Assembly (NCBI GenBank): GCA_036337035.1
Contig: JAYZFC010000002.1
Location: 115,051 to 179,050, forward strand
Direction: 5' to 3'
Origin: Pseudomonadota bacterium
GTDB taxonomy: Bacteria > Pseudomonadota > Gammaproteobacteria > Steroidobacterales > Rariloculaceae
DNA: 64,000 nt
In this document: one piece after another, positions 29,628 to 41,032 of the stretch
Numbering within the stretch: position 1 is the first letter of the stretch
Layout of the letters: every line of letters begins with the position of its first letter
The notes under the pieces: model-generated
Told to the model about the DNA's origin: nothing
The model's database searches: none
Seen by the model: only the letters and a program-made list of their open reading frames with translations
Position numbers and translations under genes: made by a program

Positions 29628-31055
29628 TTAATATCGATATTGATCAGTTTTGTATGGCCCGTTAGAGTCAATGCCTAAATATTCTGCCTGCTTATTATTT
29701 AGCTTATCTAAAGACACTCCTAACTTGCCTAAATGCAACCTTGCTACTTTTTCATCCAAATGCTTTGGAAGAGTATAAACACCTAATGAATAATCTTCCT
29801 CTTTATTGAAAATCTCTACCTGTGCAAGAGTTTGATTAGTAAAGCTATTTGACATAACAAAACTTGGGTGGCCCGTAGCACATCCTAAATTAACCAGCCT
29901 GCCCTCTGCCAAAAGAATAATACTTTTACCATCCGGGAGAGTTATTTTATTTACTTGAGGTTTTATCTCATCCCATTCATATTTTTTTAATTTTTCTACT
30001 TCTATCTCATTATCAAAATGACCAATATTACAAACAATGGCGTTATTTTTCATTTTCTTAACATGAGACTCGGTGATCACATCTACACAACCAGTAGTGG
30101 TAACAAAAATATCTCCGATGCTTGCTGCATCTTCCATCTTCATCACCTCATAACCCTCCATAGAAGCTTGTAATGCACAAATAGGATCTATCTCTGTTAC
30201 TATTACTCGAGCTGACTGTGATCTTAATGACTGGCAACTACCTTTCCCTACATCTCCATAACCAGCTACTACAGCTATTTTTCCTGATATCATTACATCA
30301 GTCGCTCTCATGATTGCATCAACCAATGAATGTCTACAGCCATACAAATTATCAAATTTTGATTTAGTAACAGAATCATTTACATTAATTGCTGGGAATA
30401 ATAACTCTTTTCTTTCAAGCATTTGGTATAATCTATGAACACCTGTTGTAGTTTCTTCAGTCACTCCTTTAATTTCTTTTACCATGCGGTGAAAACGTTT
30501 TGGATCTTTGTGTATTGATTTTTTTAATTGAGAAAATAAATATCCCTCTTCTTCACTTTCTGGATCATTTTCAAGTATTGAATGATCTTTCTCTGCCCTA
30601 TAACCAAGATGCACAAAAAGAGTTGCATCGCCGCCATCATCTAAAATCATATTTGGTCCGTTTTCTCCCTCCCATGACAAAGTTTTATCTACATATTCCC
30701 AATAATCTTCTAACGGCTCTCCTTTTATTGCAAAAACTGGTGTACCATTTGCTGCGATTGCTGCAGCAGCATGATCTTGAGTAGAGAAAATATTGCAGCT
30801 GCACCACCTAACTTCTGCTCCAAGACTCTCAAGCGTCTCAATCAAAACTGCTGTTTGAATAGTCATATGAAGGGATCCTGATATTCTAGCTCCTTTTAAA
30901 GGCTTTTCTTTGCTCAGCTCTTCTCTAATTGCCATAAGGCCTGGCATCTCTACTTCTGCTAGTTTAATTTCTTTTCTCCCAAATTCTGAAAGAGTAATAT
31001 CCTTAATAGCATAATCGTTAAAAGATTTATTGATTTTCAAATTGGTTTTTGACAT
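29628..31055 (-). CDS. ahcY: S-adenosylhomocysteine hydrolase
   Basis: [47 protein letters not shown]. Confidence 0.98.
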   Translation of the reverse strand: MSKTNLKINKSFNDYAIKDITLSEFGRKEIKLAEVEMPGLMAIREELSKEKPLKGARISGSLHMTIQTAVLIETLESLGAEVRWCSCNIFSTQDHAAAAIAANGTPVFAIKGEPLEDYWEYVDKTLSWEGENGPNMILDDGGDATLFVHLGYRAEKDHSILENDPESEEEGYLFSQLKKSIHKDPKRFHRMVKEIKGVTEETTTGVHRLYQMLERKELLFPAINVNDSVTKSKFDNLYGCRHSLVDAIMRATDVMISGKIAVVAGYGDVGKGSCQSLRSQSARVIVTEIDPICALQASMEGYEVMKMEDAASIGDIFVTTTGCVDVITESHVKKMKNNAIVCNIGHFDNEIEVEKLKKYEWDEIKPQVNKITLPDGKSIILLAEGRLVNLGCATGHPSFVMSNSFTNQTLAQVEIFNKEEDYSLGVYTLPKHLDEKVARLHLGKLGVSLDKLNNKQAEYLGIDSNGPYKTDQYRY

Positions 31056-31059
31056 CTAT

Positions 31060-31998
31060 CTACTCCGGTATTGGTGAGCTAAAATTATCTAAATACATCT
31101 TTTTAAATTCATCTTTAGTAAAAAAATGATTTTGAGTTCCATTATATTCTACCTTAATCGAACCTAATAAACTTGAAATCCTTCCAATAGTTAGCCAATC
31201 ATAGCTATTAGAAAGACCATAAATTAGTCCTGCTCGATAAGCATCGCCACAACCAGTTGGATCTTTAGATACACTTGCTTTAACTGCTGGTATTTTTATC
31301 TCTTGACCGCCTGAATAAATTGTTGATCCATTAGCGCCATGAGTAACAATAAATGCTTCAACCTTTGATCTTACTTCTGATAAATTTAAATTTACTCTAT
31401 CTAGCAGCATCTGACATTCGTAATCATTTACAATAACCCATGTTGACTTCTCAATAAAAAAGCTCAGTTCATCTTTATTAAACATAGGTAAGCCTTGTCC
31501 GGGATCAAAAATAAAAGGGATTTCTGCTTCAAAAAATTCTTTTGCATGGCTAATCATGCCATTTCGACCATCTGGTGATAAAATACCAATATCTACATCC
31601 TTGGCTTCTGAAACCTTAATCTTATCTGAAAAATCCATTGCTCCAGGATGAAAAACAGTTATTTGGTTACCCCTATTATCAGTTATTATGAAAGCTTGAG
31701 CAGTATAAACTTCGTCAAAAGTCCTAATATGATTTTGAAATATACCTTTTGATTCTAGCCATGTGGAATAGGGACCAAAATCTTTCCCTACTGAACCCAT
31801 TGGATATGAATCATAACCTAGTAGTTTGAGATTATAGGCTATATTTATTGCACAACCACCAAACTCCCTTCTCATCGAAGATGATAAAAAAGAAACATTT
31901 AAATTATTTAGTTGCTCAGCAAGTATCTGATTCTCAAAATTTCCTTCAAACAACATTATATTGTCATAAGCAATAGAACCACAAACTAAAGCAGTCAT
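31060..31998 (-). CDS. PfkB-family kinase, probable adenosine kinase
   Basis: GSIAYD, FGGCA.NIAY, FDPGQ, DPTGCGDAYRAG; located between metK and ahcY. Confidence 0.85.
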   Translation of the reverse strand: MTALVCGSIAYDNIMLFEGNFENQILAEQLNNLNVSFLSSSMRREFGGCAINIAYNLKLLGYDSYPMGSVGKDFGPYSTWLESKGIFQNHIRTFDEVYTAQAFIITDNRGNQITVFHPGAMDFSDKIKVSEAKDVDIGILSPDGRNGMISHAKEFFEAEIPFIFDPGQGLPMFNKDELSFFIEKSTWVIVNDYECQMLLDRVNLNLSEVRSKVEAFIVTHGANGSTIYSGGQEIKIPAVKASVSKDPTGCGDAYRAGLIYGLSNSYDWLTIGRISSLLGSIKVEYNGTQNHFFTKDEFKKMYLDNFSSPIPE

Positions 31999-32014
31999 AC
32001 ATATTATCCTTTTT

Positions 32015-33166
32015 TTATTGTGTTTTTAGAGCTTCTACTTTATTGGTTGCTTCCCAAGTAAAGTCTGGATCATTCCTACCAAAATGTCCATATGAAGCTG
32101 TTTTTTGGTATATTGGCTTCAGCAAATCTAACATCTTTAAAATACCATAAGGTCGCAGATCAAAGTTTTGATTTACTAGCTCTACTATCTTTTCTTCTTC
32201 TATCTTGTTTGTGCCAAAAGTTTGAACCATTACAGAAGTAGGTTCTGCTACTCCAATAGCATAAGAGACTTGGATCTCACATTTGTCTGCCAATCCTGCT
32301 GCAACAACATTCTTAGCAACATATCTCGCTGCATAAGTTGCAGATCTGTCGACTTTTGATGGATCTTTCCCAGAAAAAGCACCGCCGCCGTGTCTCGACA
32401 TGCCACCATATGTATCAACTATGATCTTTCTTCCAGTTAATCCACAATCTCCTACAGGGCCTCCAACAACAAATCGTCCTGTCGGATTAATATGAAATTT
32501 AGTTTTTGAATCTAGCCATTTTTTTGGCAAGACAGGCTTTATAATAGTCTCCATAACTCCCTCTACTAGATCATTATAAGAAACATCTGGATCATGTTGA
32601 GTAGACAATACAACTGCATCTATTGATACTGGCGAAGAGTTGACATATCTAAATGTAACTTGGCTTTTTGCATCAGGCCTCAACCAAGCTAAATTACCAG
32701 ATCTTCTAACTTCGGATTGGCGTTCTACTAGCTTGTGGGCATATATTATTGGTGCAGGCATTAATACCTCTGTTTCATTTGTAGCATAACCAAACATTAT
32801 CCCCTGATCACCAGCTCCCTGCTCTTCCTTTGCAGAACGATCTACTCCTTGAGCAATATCCTCTGACTGCTTTCCAATTTCATTCATTATTTTACAATTA
32901 TTGCCATTAAACCCTAAATCATCTTTATCATATCCAATTTCTGTAATGACGCCCCTTATTAAATCCTCAACTTCAAAATTATTTTTAGTAGATATTTCTC
33001 CAGCAACAATCACTAGTCCAGTTTTGACTAGAGTCTCACAAGCTACGCGTGAAGCAGTGTCATCAGATATTACCAGATCAAGAACTGCGTCAGAAATCTG
33101 ATCACACATTTTATCTGGGTGGCCTGCTGAAACTGATTCAGAGGTAAATAAATAATTATTTTTCAT
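32015..33166 (-). CDS. metK: S-adenosylmethionine synthetase
   Basis: [28 protein letters not shown]. Confidence 0.98.
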   Translation of the reverse strand: MKNNYLFTSESVSAGHPDKMCDQISDAVLDLVISDDTASRVACETLVKTGLVIVAGEISTKNNFEVEDLIRGVITEIGYDKDDLGFNGNNCKIMNEIGKQSEDIAQGVDRSAKEEQGAGDQGIMFGYATNETEVLMPAPIIYAHKLVERQSEVRRSGNLAWLRPDAKSQVTFRYVNSSPVSIDAVVLSTQHDPDVSYNDLVEGVMETIIKPVLPKKWLDSKTKFHINPTGRFVVGGPVGDCGLTGRKIIVDTYGGMSRHGGGAFSGKDPSKVDRSATYAARYVAKNVVAAGLADKCEIQVSYAIGVAEPTSVMVQTFGTNKIEEEKIVELVNQNFDLRPYGILKMLDLLKPIYQKTASYGHFGRNDPDFTWEATNKVEALKTQ

Positions 33167-33278
33167 TTTTTACTATTCCTATTATTAATATTTTATGAAT
33201 AAGCAAGTTGTTTATTTTGATTTAAATAGATAAAGTTTACAACTTACTTCGGTACATAGCCTGATTAAGATATAATAA

Positions 33279-34241
<963 letters not shown>

Positions 34242-34931
34242 CTACAATGAAATTAAATTATCTAGTAATTGAGTCTTAACTTGCTCTCTGTCTAGAAAAT
34301 ATTTTTTATAACTATCAGTGTTTTCAGCCCTATTATCTACCACATCAGGAAAAAGTCCGAGCATACCGACAAACAATTCAGAAACCTCTCTTAATGCTTG
34401 GTTACCTCCATTATGAGCAGAAACATAATCACAATATCTTTTTTTCTTAATAAATTCTTCTAATAATGGACTAGATTTTTTTCGGATTAAGAAACGTACT
34501 CCGCAATCTTTTGCCATACCAATATCATTAATATCATCAAAAAAACAAGCGATATTAGTCTTATTAATGCTATATGCCAGACTGATTTTATTTATTGCTA
34601 ATGATTTATTTTTTACTCCGTAATAAATAGAATTAAAATGCTCTCTTTTTGCAAATCCTTCTGCTATAGAATTCTTTTCTCCAGTAATGATTATTGTTTT
34701 TGGTAAATTTCTATCCTTTAACCAAAGTGCAAACCTTAGCATATTTATACCCATAGCATCAGATTCATTAAACCCATTACCCTCATCTAAAAACTTATTG
34801 CCAGAATTAAAAACACCGTCCCAATCAAAAATAAGAGTATTAATATTTTTTAATTTTTCAACAAGATCCGAAAAATCAGAAATAAAATGACCGCCTAAAT
34901 TCTCAAATTGCTCTTGAATATTATCAAACAT
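34242..34931 (-). CDS. kdsC: KdsC/YrbI-like HAD phosphatase (Kdo-8-phosphate phosphatase)
   Basis: FDWDGVF motif I, IITG, K, DDIND, GG..ALRE; downstream of kdsA. Confidence 0.7.
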   Translation of the reverse strand: MFDNIQEQFENLGGHFISDFSDLVEKLKNINTLIFDWDGVFNSGNKFLDEGNGFNESDAMGINMLRFALWLKDRNLPKTIIITGEKNSIAEGFAKREHFNSIYYGVKNKSLAINKISLAYSINKTNIACFFDDINDIGMAKDCGVRFLIRKKSSPLLEEFIKKKRYCDYVSAHNGGNQALREVSELFVGMLGLFPDVVDNRAENTDSYKKYFLDREQVKTQLLDNLISL

Positions 34932-34937
34932 TTTTTA

Positions 34938-35975
34938 TCAAAGACGCTCTTGCCCTAAAAGACCTAGCTTAATAAGGTCTTGAATATCTAAAATACCTTC
35001 TGGTTTATTATTATTCTCTACAATAATGCTATCAACTTCTGATTTAGAAAATAGTTTTACTGCCTCCTCAAGATTTGCTTTGGAATTTATAATTACAGGA
35101 GATTTAGAGAAGCCTATCTTGCTTAATGAATCCTCAAGAGCAGATTGATCATTGCTCTGCAAATATCTTCTAATATCCCCATCAGTAAAAATACCTAAAA
35201 TATTATTTTTATTATCCACGACTGTTACTGCTCCCAAGCGTGATTCAGTCATCTTATTCATAGCAGCCTTCAATGAATCGCCTTCACTACAAGTTGGATT
35301 ATTTGTTCTAATTAAATCAGAAACTTTAACTGTAATAAGCTGAGTATGTTCCTTAAATTGCTCCGTACCAATAGAGCTTAAAGAGTTATCACAAAGATTC
35401 TTCATTACTTTATAAGGAACTGTACATACATGAACACCAGATAACAAAGCTTGCCTAACATGCTCAGGATAACGAACTGATGAAAACATTACCTTACTAG
35501 AGAACCCGTAATGATCAATTATATCTACACATTGTTCATATAGCTGAATCGCATCATGCCCTTGATCTTGCATTCTCCCAGCCAAAGGACAAACAAATGC
35601 GGCTCCTGCTGCCATTGCCATATAAGCTTGATTCAAAGTATAAATTAAATGAACATTAACTCTATGGCCCTTTTCAGTCAGCCTCTGGCAAGCAGTTACT
35701 CCAGCATTTGAAATAGGGACTTTAAATACAGGTTCATTTTTTAGAGGCAATGAAAGAATTCTATCAGCTTCCTTAAGTATCTCGTCTACAGACTCTCCTA
35801 AGGCTTCAACCTGTAATTCAGGAACCATGCCTGAAAGTTTTACAATTGCACCATCAATGTCAGTAATGCCATGACGATGCATAAAAGTTGGTGTAGTTGT
35901 TAATCCTTTTATAAATCCAAAATCTAATGCTTTTTCAATCTCTTCGAAATCTACAGAGTCTAAATATAGGTCCAT
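34938..35975 (-). CDS. Transaldolase/fructose-6-phosphate aldolase family domain fused to a KdsD/KpsF-type CBS pair
   Basis: YLDS, GLTTTP, VFKVP (Schiff-base Lys), GR.QD.G, SSVR; C-terminal GIFTDGDIRR and GILDIQDLIKLG. Confidence 0.85.
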   Translation of the reverse strand: MDLYLDSVDFEEIEKALDFGFIKGLTTTPTFMHRHGITDIDGAIVKLSGMVPELQVEALGESVDEILKEADRILSLPLKNEPVFKVPISNAGVTACQRLTEKGHRVNVHLIYTLNQAYMAMAAGAAFVCPLAGRMQDQGHDAIQLYEQCVDIIDHYGFSSKVMFSSVRYPEHVRQALLSGVHVCTVPYKVMKNLCDNSLSSIGTEQFKEHTQLITVKVSDLIRTNNPTCSEGDSLKAAMNKMTESRLGAVTVVDNKNNILGIFTDGDIRRYLQSNDQSALEDSLSKIGFSKSPVIINSKANLEEAVKLFSKSEVDSIIVENNNKPEGILDIQDLIKLGLLGQERL

Positions 35976-35987
35976 TTTTATACCTTC

Positions 35988-36836
35988 CTAAGATGTTTTT
36001 ATTAATTGCTCTCTAACTAAAGCATGAATATCTAGTAATGGACGAACAAAATCTGGTAATTGTTCCAAATAATACTGACTAGCTGCGTCACATAATGCAT
36101 CAGGTGGATTTGGGTGTGCTTCTATAAAAATTCCATCAACACCTGCTGCTACTCCTGCTCTAGATAAAACTGATAAGTATTCTCTACTGCCGCCTTTAGG
36201 GTCCTTGCTTGGTATGCCATACTTTCTTATTGTATGAGTAATATCAAAAATTACAGGATACCCTATCTGATTTAGCAGTAGAAAGCTTCTCGGATCAACT
36301 ACTAAATCATTATATCCAAATGTGTAGCCTCTCTCTGTCAATAAAATTTTTTCACTTCCAGAATCTTCAATCTTTTTTACTGGTTTAATCATATTATCTG
36401 GAGCTATAAACTGTCCATGCTTAAGATTAACAACTGCATTAGTTTTTGCTGCAGAGACTACTAATTCACTCTGCATACATAAATAAGCTGGAATTTGAAG
36501 TATATCGACAACCTCTGATGCTGGCGTTGCTTGATCTGGATAATGAATATCTGTTAGTAAGGGTAATTCAAATTCTTTCTTAATTTTTTCTAATATTCTC
36601 AATCCCTCATCTAGACCAGGCCCTTGATAATAATCTAGAGAGCTTCTATTATCTTTAGAGAATGATGATTTAAAAATTAAAGGTAAATTTAAATCTAATG
36701 AAATGCTTTTTAATTTCTCAGCAGTGCTTAGCATCATTGATTCTTTTTCAATAACACAAGGTCCGCATATTAAAAAGAGCTGATCAGATCCGCAAACCAC
36801 ATTACCAACTTTCACTTGCTTTTTTTCAATCATCAC
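35988..36836 (-). CDS. kdsA: 3-deoxy-8-phosphooctulonate synthase (metal-dependent type, divergent)
   Basis: GPCVIE, FKSSFSKDNRSS, TERG..FGY, FDITH, FIEAHP, CDA. Confidence 0.88.
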   Translation of the reverse strand: MMIEKKQVKVGNVVCGSDQLFLICGPCVIEKESMMLSTAEKLKSISLDLNLPLIFKSSFSKDNRSSLDYYQGPGLDEGLRILEKIKKEFELPLLTDIHYPDQATPASEVVDILQIPAYLCMQSELVVSAAKTNAVVNLKHGQFIAPDNMIKPVKKIEDSGSEKILLTERGYTFGYNDLVVDPRSFLLLNQIGYPVIFDITHTIRKYGIPSKDPKGGSREYLSVLSRAGVAAGVDGIFIEAHPNPPDALCDAASQYYLEQLPDFVRPLLDIHALVREQLIKTS

Positions 36837-38113
36837 AATAAGTCCATTCTCTCCAATAATTCATAATTATCTTTAGTTGCGCCTTGCCCCTCTAGAATAA
36901 CTTTTCTGGCCATTCTTCCAGATTCTAACCTAAATCTATCGTCATCTGATAATTTAGTTAAGGCTATCTTTAAGTCCCTACTATCATATACTTTATAACC
37001 AGCTCCTACATCAATCAAATTATTACCAACTTCTTCAAAACTATAGTTATGCGGACCAAAAATAACAGGAACACCAAGGATAGCAGGCTCCATTAAATTG
37101 TGCCCACCTTTATCACTAAATCGATAATATAAAGCCCCGCCAATAAATGCTATATCTGAAATCCCATAGAAATCTCTTAATTCTCCCAAAGTATCAACAA
37201 TTAAGATGCTTGTTCTATCCAATTTATTGCTTAATTCTATGAGCTCTGTTCTTCTAATTGGTAAAAAGTTAAAACTCTTTATCTTATGTTCAATATTTTT
37301 AGAATCATTAGGATACCTTGGAGCAATGATTATCCTTATTCTATCATTATCTAAAGATAATTCTGAGATTGCATCTAGAAATATATCTACCTCTTCTAAA
37401 TGAATACTCCCAGCAATAATTACGATATTATTCTCAGATAAGTTTAAAGATTTCCTAAGATTTATATTTTTACCTATTCTTGAGTCATCTATCAAATCAT
37501 ATTTCATATCACCAGTAGTACTTATATTTTTTGAATCAATACCTAACTCAATTAATCGATTCTTATAAACATCTTTTTGAACACAAAAATAAAAAATATT
37601 CCTCATTAAAGGTAGCATCAGATAAGTATTTTTAATTCTATTTAATGAGCCTTTTGATATTTTCGCATTAACAACAAAAATTGGAATTTTTCTCTTATTC
37701 AATAAATATATAAAATTAGGCCAAAAATCCGATTCAGCTACAATAACTAACCTAGGATTCAGTTTATTAATAAAAGAATTTACTATGAACGATAAATCAA
37801 AAGGGAAATAAATTACCTTACAATCTGTATATGTTTTAGATGCAAGCTCCAAACCAGTAGATGAGCAAACACTGATAATAATTTCATCAGATGGATATTT
37901 TTTTTTTATTAACTTAACTAGCTTTTTTAATGAAATTATTTCACCAGCTGATGCTCCATGCAACCAAATAGAAGAACTAGAAGATGGTACTAAATCATAT
38001 CCAAATCTAGAGAATATTCTATACAAATCTCCTTTAAATAAAAGTCTATAAAATAACCAGGGAAAGGAAATTATAATTAAGAGGAAATAGATTAAATTAA
38101 ATATTAGAGTCAT
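36833..38113 (-). CDS. waaA: Kdo transferase
   Basis: IWLHGASAGE, YFPFD, ESDFWPN, NAKIS, GSIH, APRYP, DTLGEL, GGHNLMEPA. Confidence 0.92.
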   Translation of the reverse strand: MTLIFNLIYFLLIIISFPWLFYRLLFKGDLYRIFSRFGYDLVPSSSSSIWLHGASAGEIISLKKLVKLIKKKYPSDEIIISVCSSTGLELASKTYTDCKVIYFPFDLSFIVNSFINKLNPRLVIVAESDFWPNFIYLLNKRKIPIFVVNAKISKGSLNRIKNTYLMLPLMRNIFYFCVQKDVYKNRLIELGIDSKNISTTGDMKYDLIDDSRIGKNINLRKSLNLSENNIVIIAGSIHLEEVDIFLDAISELSLDNDRIRIIIAPRYPNDSKNIEHKIKSFNFLPIRRTELIELSNKLDRTSILIVDTLGELRDFYGISDIAFIGGALYYRFSDKGGHNLMEPAILGVPVIFGPHNYSFEEVGNNLIDVGAGYKVYDSRDLKIALTKLSDDDRFRLESGRMARKVILEGQGATKDNYELLERMDLL

Positions 38114-38208
38114 ATGGTAAATTTTAAAAATTAGAATTAAATAAAAGCATATTCTAATGCTAAAAAAATTACCAAAGGTGTTTTTATTTAATTATTTTTT
38201 AATTATGG

Positions 38209-38682
38209 CTACATGCTCGCTACCCGAGCTTCACCTCGACTACCAAATAAAACCTTAACTCGATCACCTTCATCAACAATACCTTCATTAGATTGAATAA
38301 TGGCAATGGTATTGCCATTGTCCATTTTGATCATAATCTCAATTCCTACCTCAGAAGTTAACTCTTTTTCTATTGCTTTACCGGCAGCTGCTCCTGCTAT
38401 AGCACCTACCGAGCCAGCTATAGGATTTCTTCTTCTGTCACCTACCTTTTGGCCAATATCTCTTCCAATTTGCGCTCCTCCCCAGGTACCTATGAATGAT
38501 GAATTACCCTCTATCTTTACTTCCTTTATAGATAAAACTTCTCCATAAGACACATCATATGCAGTCCTTACATCATTTTTAGAAAAAATATTACCCGAAG
38601 CGTTATAAGAAGCACAACCATTAGAAAGCAGTACAATACAAATAATTGTAATAAGTCTAAATAACATAAATTTCTCCTTCAT
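38209..38682 (-). CDS. Glycine-zipper outer-membrane lipoprotein (SlyB/Pcp-like)
   Basis: Lipobox SNGC; GA.AGA.AG zipper; EI.IKMDNG..I.I.Q; GDRV. Confidence 0.85.
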   Translation of the reverse strand: MKEKFMLFRLITIICIVLLSNGCASYNASGNIFSKNDVRTAYDVSYGEVLSIKEVKIEGNSSFIGTWGGAQIGRDIGQKVGDRRRNPIAGSVGAIAGAAAGKAIEKELTSEVGIEIMIKMDNGNTIAIIQSNEGIVDEGDRVKVLFGSRGEARVASM

Positions 38683-38726
38683 ATAGATAAAAACGTATCA
38701 AACCAATGTAGGTTTACATGAGAATG

Positions 38727-39188
38727 TTAAGAAGGAATAACATGCATCGTAAGCCACTCAGCTGCAACAGCTGGCTTACTCTCACCATCTATTTCAATTT
38801 TAACTTTAGCCTTAACAAGTATATTGCCGCCTCTTTCACGAGCTTCTGAAAGAATAGCTCTAGCTCTGATCTTCGAATTGACTTTTACTTGATTAGTAAA
38901 TCGTATTTTGTCAAAACCGTAATTAATTACCATTGACACACCTTCTATAGAGGGCCTAAATGAATTAGATAAGCCTATAATCATTGATAATGTAAGCATG
39001 CCATGCGCAATAGTATCTTCAAACCCTGCTTCAATAGCCTTAGCGCGACTAGTATGAATAAACTGATGATCATTAGTGACATCAGCAAATGTATTAATCA
39101 TAGTCTGATCAATCACAACCCATTCAGAAACTCCCAATTCCTGACCTACCATAGAAAATAACTGATCCTTACTAACTATCTTTGACAT
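38727..39188 (-). CDS. MaoC/NodN-like dehydratase
   Basis: FADVTNDHQFIH, TIAHGMLTLS, NYGFDKIRF. Confidence 0.92.
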   Translation of the reverse strand: MSKIVSKDQLFSMVGQELGVSEWVVIDQTMINTFADVTNDHQFIHTSRAKAIEAGFEDTIAHGMLTLSMIIGLSNSFRPSIEGVSMVINYGFDKIRFTNQVKVNSKIRARAILSEARERGGNILVKAKVKIEIDGESKPAVAAEWLTMHVIPS

Positions 39189-39248
39189 TTATATCTCCAG
39201 AAAAATAAATATATCGCAATATATTCAAATAATTATAAAATAATATAT

Positions 39249-40472
39249 ATGAAACCACTAATTAAACCATTTTCTGCCCTAAGGCCAAATAATTCAAATG
39301 CTCCATTAGTAATAGCACCGCCTTATGATGTTATTAATCGTAAAGAAGCATTTAACATTGCTAAAGATAAGCCTTCAAATTTTTTACATATTTCTAGGCC
39401 TGAAATAGATTTTCCCTTAGATGTTGATCCATATTCTGAAAAAGTTTATGAGAAAGGCAAAGAAAATTTAAGCAAATTAATTAATAAAGGTATTCTTCAT
39501 AAAAAAGATAATCCTAGTTATTATGTTTATTCGATAATCTCAAGAAACCATGAGCAAACTGGTCTTGCTGCCATAGCATCTGTAGAAGCATATAATACTA
39601 ATAGAATAAAAAAACATGAGCTAACCAAGCCATTAAAAGAAAATGATAGAGTAAAAAATATACTTTCCCTTAATGCTCAAACTGGTCCAGTTTTGTGTTC
39701 TTATAAAGCAGATAATAATATAAAAAATATTTATGAATTAATAAAAAAAGATAGGCCAATAATAAATGTAAAAGACTTATATGATATTTCTCATATAATT
39801 TGGAAAATAGACAAAGAAGAAGATATTAACAAAATATCATCTTATTTTAATTTAATGGATTCTATATATATAGCAGATGGTCACCATAGATCTGCAGCAG
39901 CATCAAAAGTATCTAAAAAAATAGAAAATAAAGATAGCGTAAATAATTCTTTTCTTGTAGTTCTTTTTCCCCATGATGAGCTTCAAATTATTGATTATAA
40001 TAGAGTGGTAAAAGATCTGAATAAATATAATCCTGACCAATTGGTAAATAAAATTAGTAAATATTTTATTGTAGAGCAAACGAATAAGATACAAAAACCT
40101 TGCTCAAAAAATACATTCGGAATGTACCTAGATAGTAAATGGTACTCTCTATCAATTAAAAACAATATCATACCAGAAGATCCAGTGAGTAAGTTGGATG
40201 TAAGCCTTCTTCAAGATTATATTCTTGGTCCTATTCTAGGAATTGATGATCCTAGGACAAATTCAAGAATAGATTTTGTAGGGGGAAGTAGAGGTGTTAA
40301 AGAGCTAATCAGTAGAGTTGATAGCGGAGAAAATAAAATTGCATTTGCTTTATTCCCAACATCTATGGAAGATCTTATGTCTGTAGCAGACTCAGGACTG
40401 CTGATGCCTCCAAAATCAACTTGGTTTGAGCCTAAACTAGCAGATGGGCTACTATCACATACATTTTTTTAA
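39249..40472 (+). CDS. DUF1015 family protein
   Basis: PPYDV, IKKHELT, YIADGHHR, MPPKSTWFEPKL. Confidence 0.9.
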   Translation: MKPLIKPFSALRPNNSNAPLVIAPPYDVINRKEAFNIAKDKPSNFLHISRPEIDFPLDVDPYSEKVYEKGKENLSKLINKGILHKKDNPSYYVYSIISRNHEQTGLAAIASVEAYNTNRIKKHELTKPLKENDRVKNILSLNAQTGPVLCSYKADNNIKNIYELIKKDRPIINVKDLYDISHIIWKIDKEEDINKISSYFNLMDSIYIADGHHRSAAASKVSKKIENKDSVNNSFLVVLFPHDELQIIDYNRVVKDLNKYNPDQLVNKISKYFIVEQTNKIQKPCSKNTFGMYLDSKWYSLSIKNNIIPEDPVSKLDVSLLQDYILGPILGIDDPRTNSRIDFVGGSRGVKELISRVDSGENKIAFALFPTSMEDLMSVADSGLLMPPKSTWFEPKLADGLLSHTFF

Positions 40473-40477
40473 TTTAA

Positions 40478-41032
40478 ATGTTCAATAAAAAATATATTCT
40501 TTCTTTTATAGTATTATTGTTGCATTCATTAGGTTTCTCTAATGAAATAGAAGTTGGCAGCTTACTATACTCTTCTGATCTACTTAACAATACGCAGTTA
40601 GAAAAAACTATTCTTCTAGTAATTTACTACGAAGATGACGGCTGTATAACATTAGCAATAAATCGCCCTACAAATGTTACATTAAATGAATTTTTACTAG
40701 CTAACTCTGAATATGAAGATAAAAATATTTTTTTTGGCGGTACAGATGACTCCTCTAATGTCCTAGCATTAATCGAAAGCTCTAATATAACAATATCTCA
40801 ATCCGAACCTATTTTTGAAAACCTATACCTCATATCTAGTATAGATTTAATTGATTATGTAGAAGAAGAAATAAACGATATGAGATTATTTTCTGGATAT
40901 TTTTCATGGGATATAAATAAAATTAATGAAGATCTAGACTTAGGTCTATGGAATATTAGTCACTATAATTCTGAAGTTTTATTTAGCAATAATCCCCTTC
41001 AGCTATGGTTTGAATTTTATTCGGAGAAATAA
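40478..41032 (+). CDS. YqgE/AlgH (UPF0301)-like protein, divergent
   Basis: G.LL, LAINRPT, FFGG, RLFSGYFSW, G.W; apparent N-terminal signal peptide. Confidence 0.7.
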   Translation: MFNKKYILSFIVLLLHSLGFSNEIEVGSLLYSSDLLNNTQLEKTILLVIYYEDDGCITLAINRPTNVTLNEFLLANSEYEDKNIFFGGTDDSSNVLALIESSNITISQSEPIFENLYLISSIDLIDYVEEEINDMRLFSGYFSWDINKINEDLDLGLWNISHYNSEVLFSNNPLQLWFEFYSEK

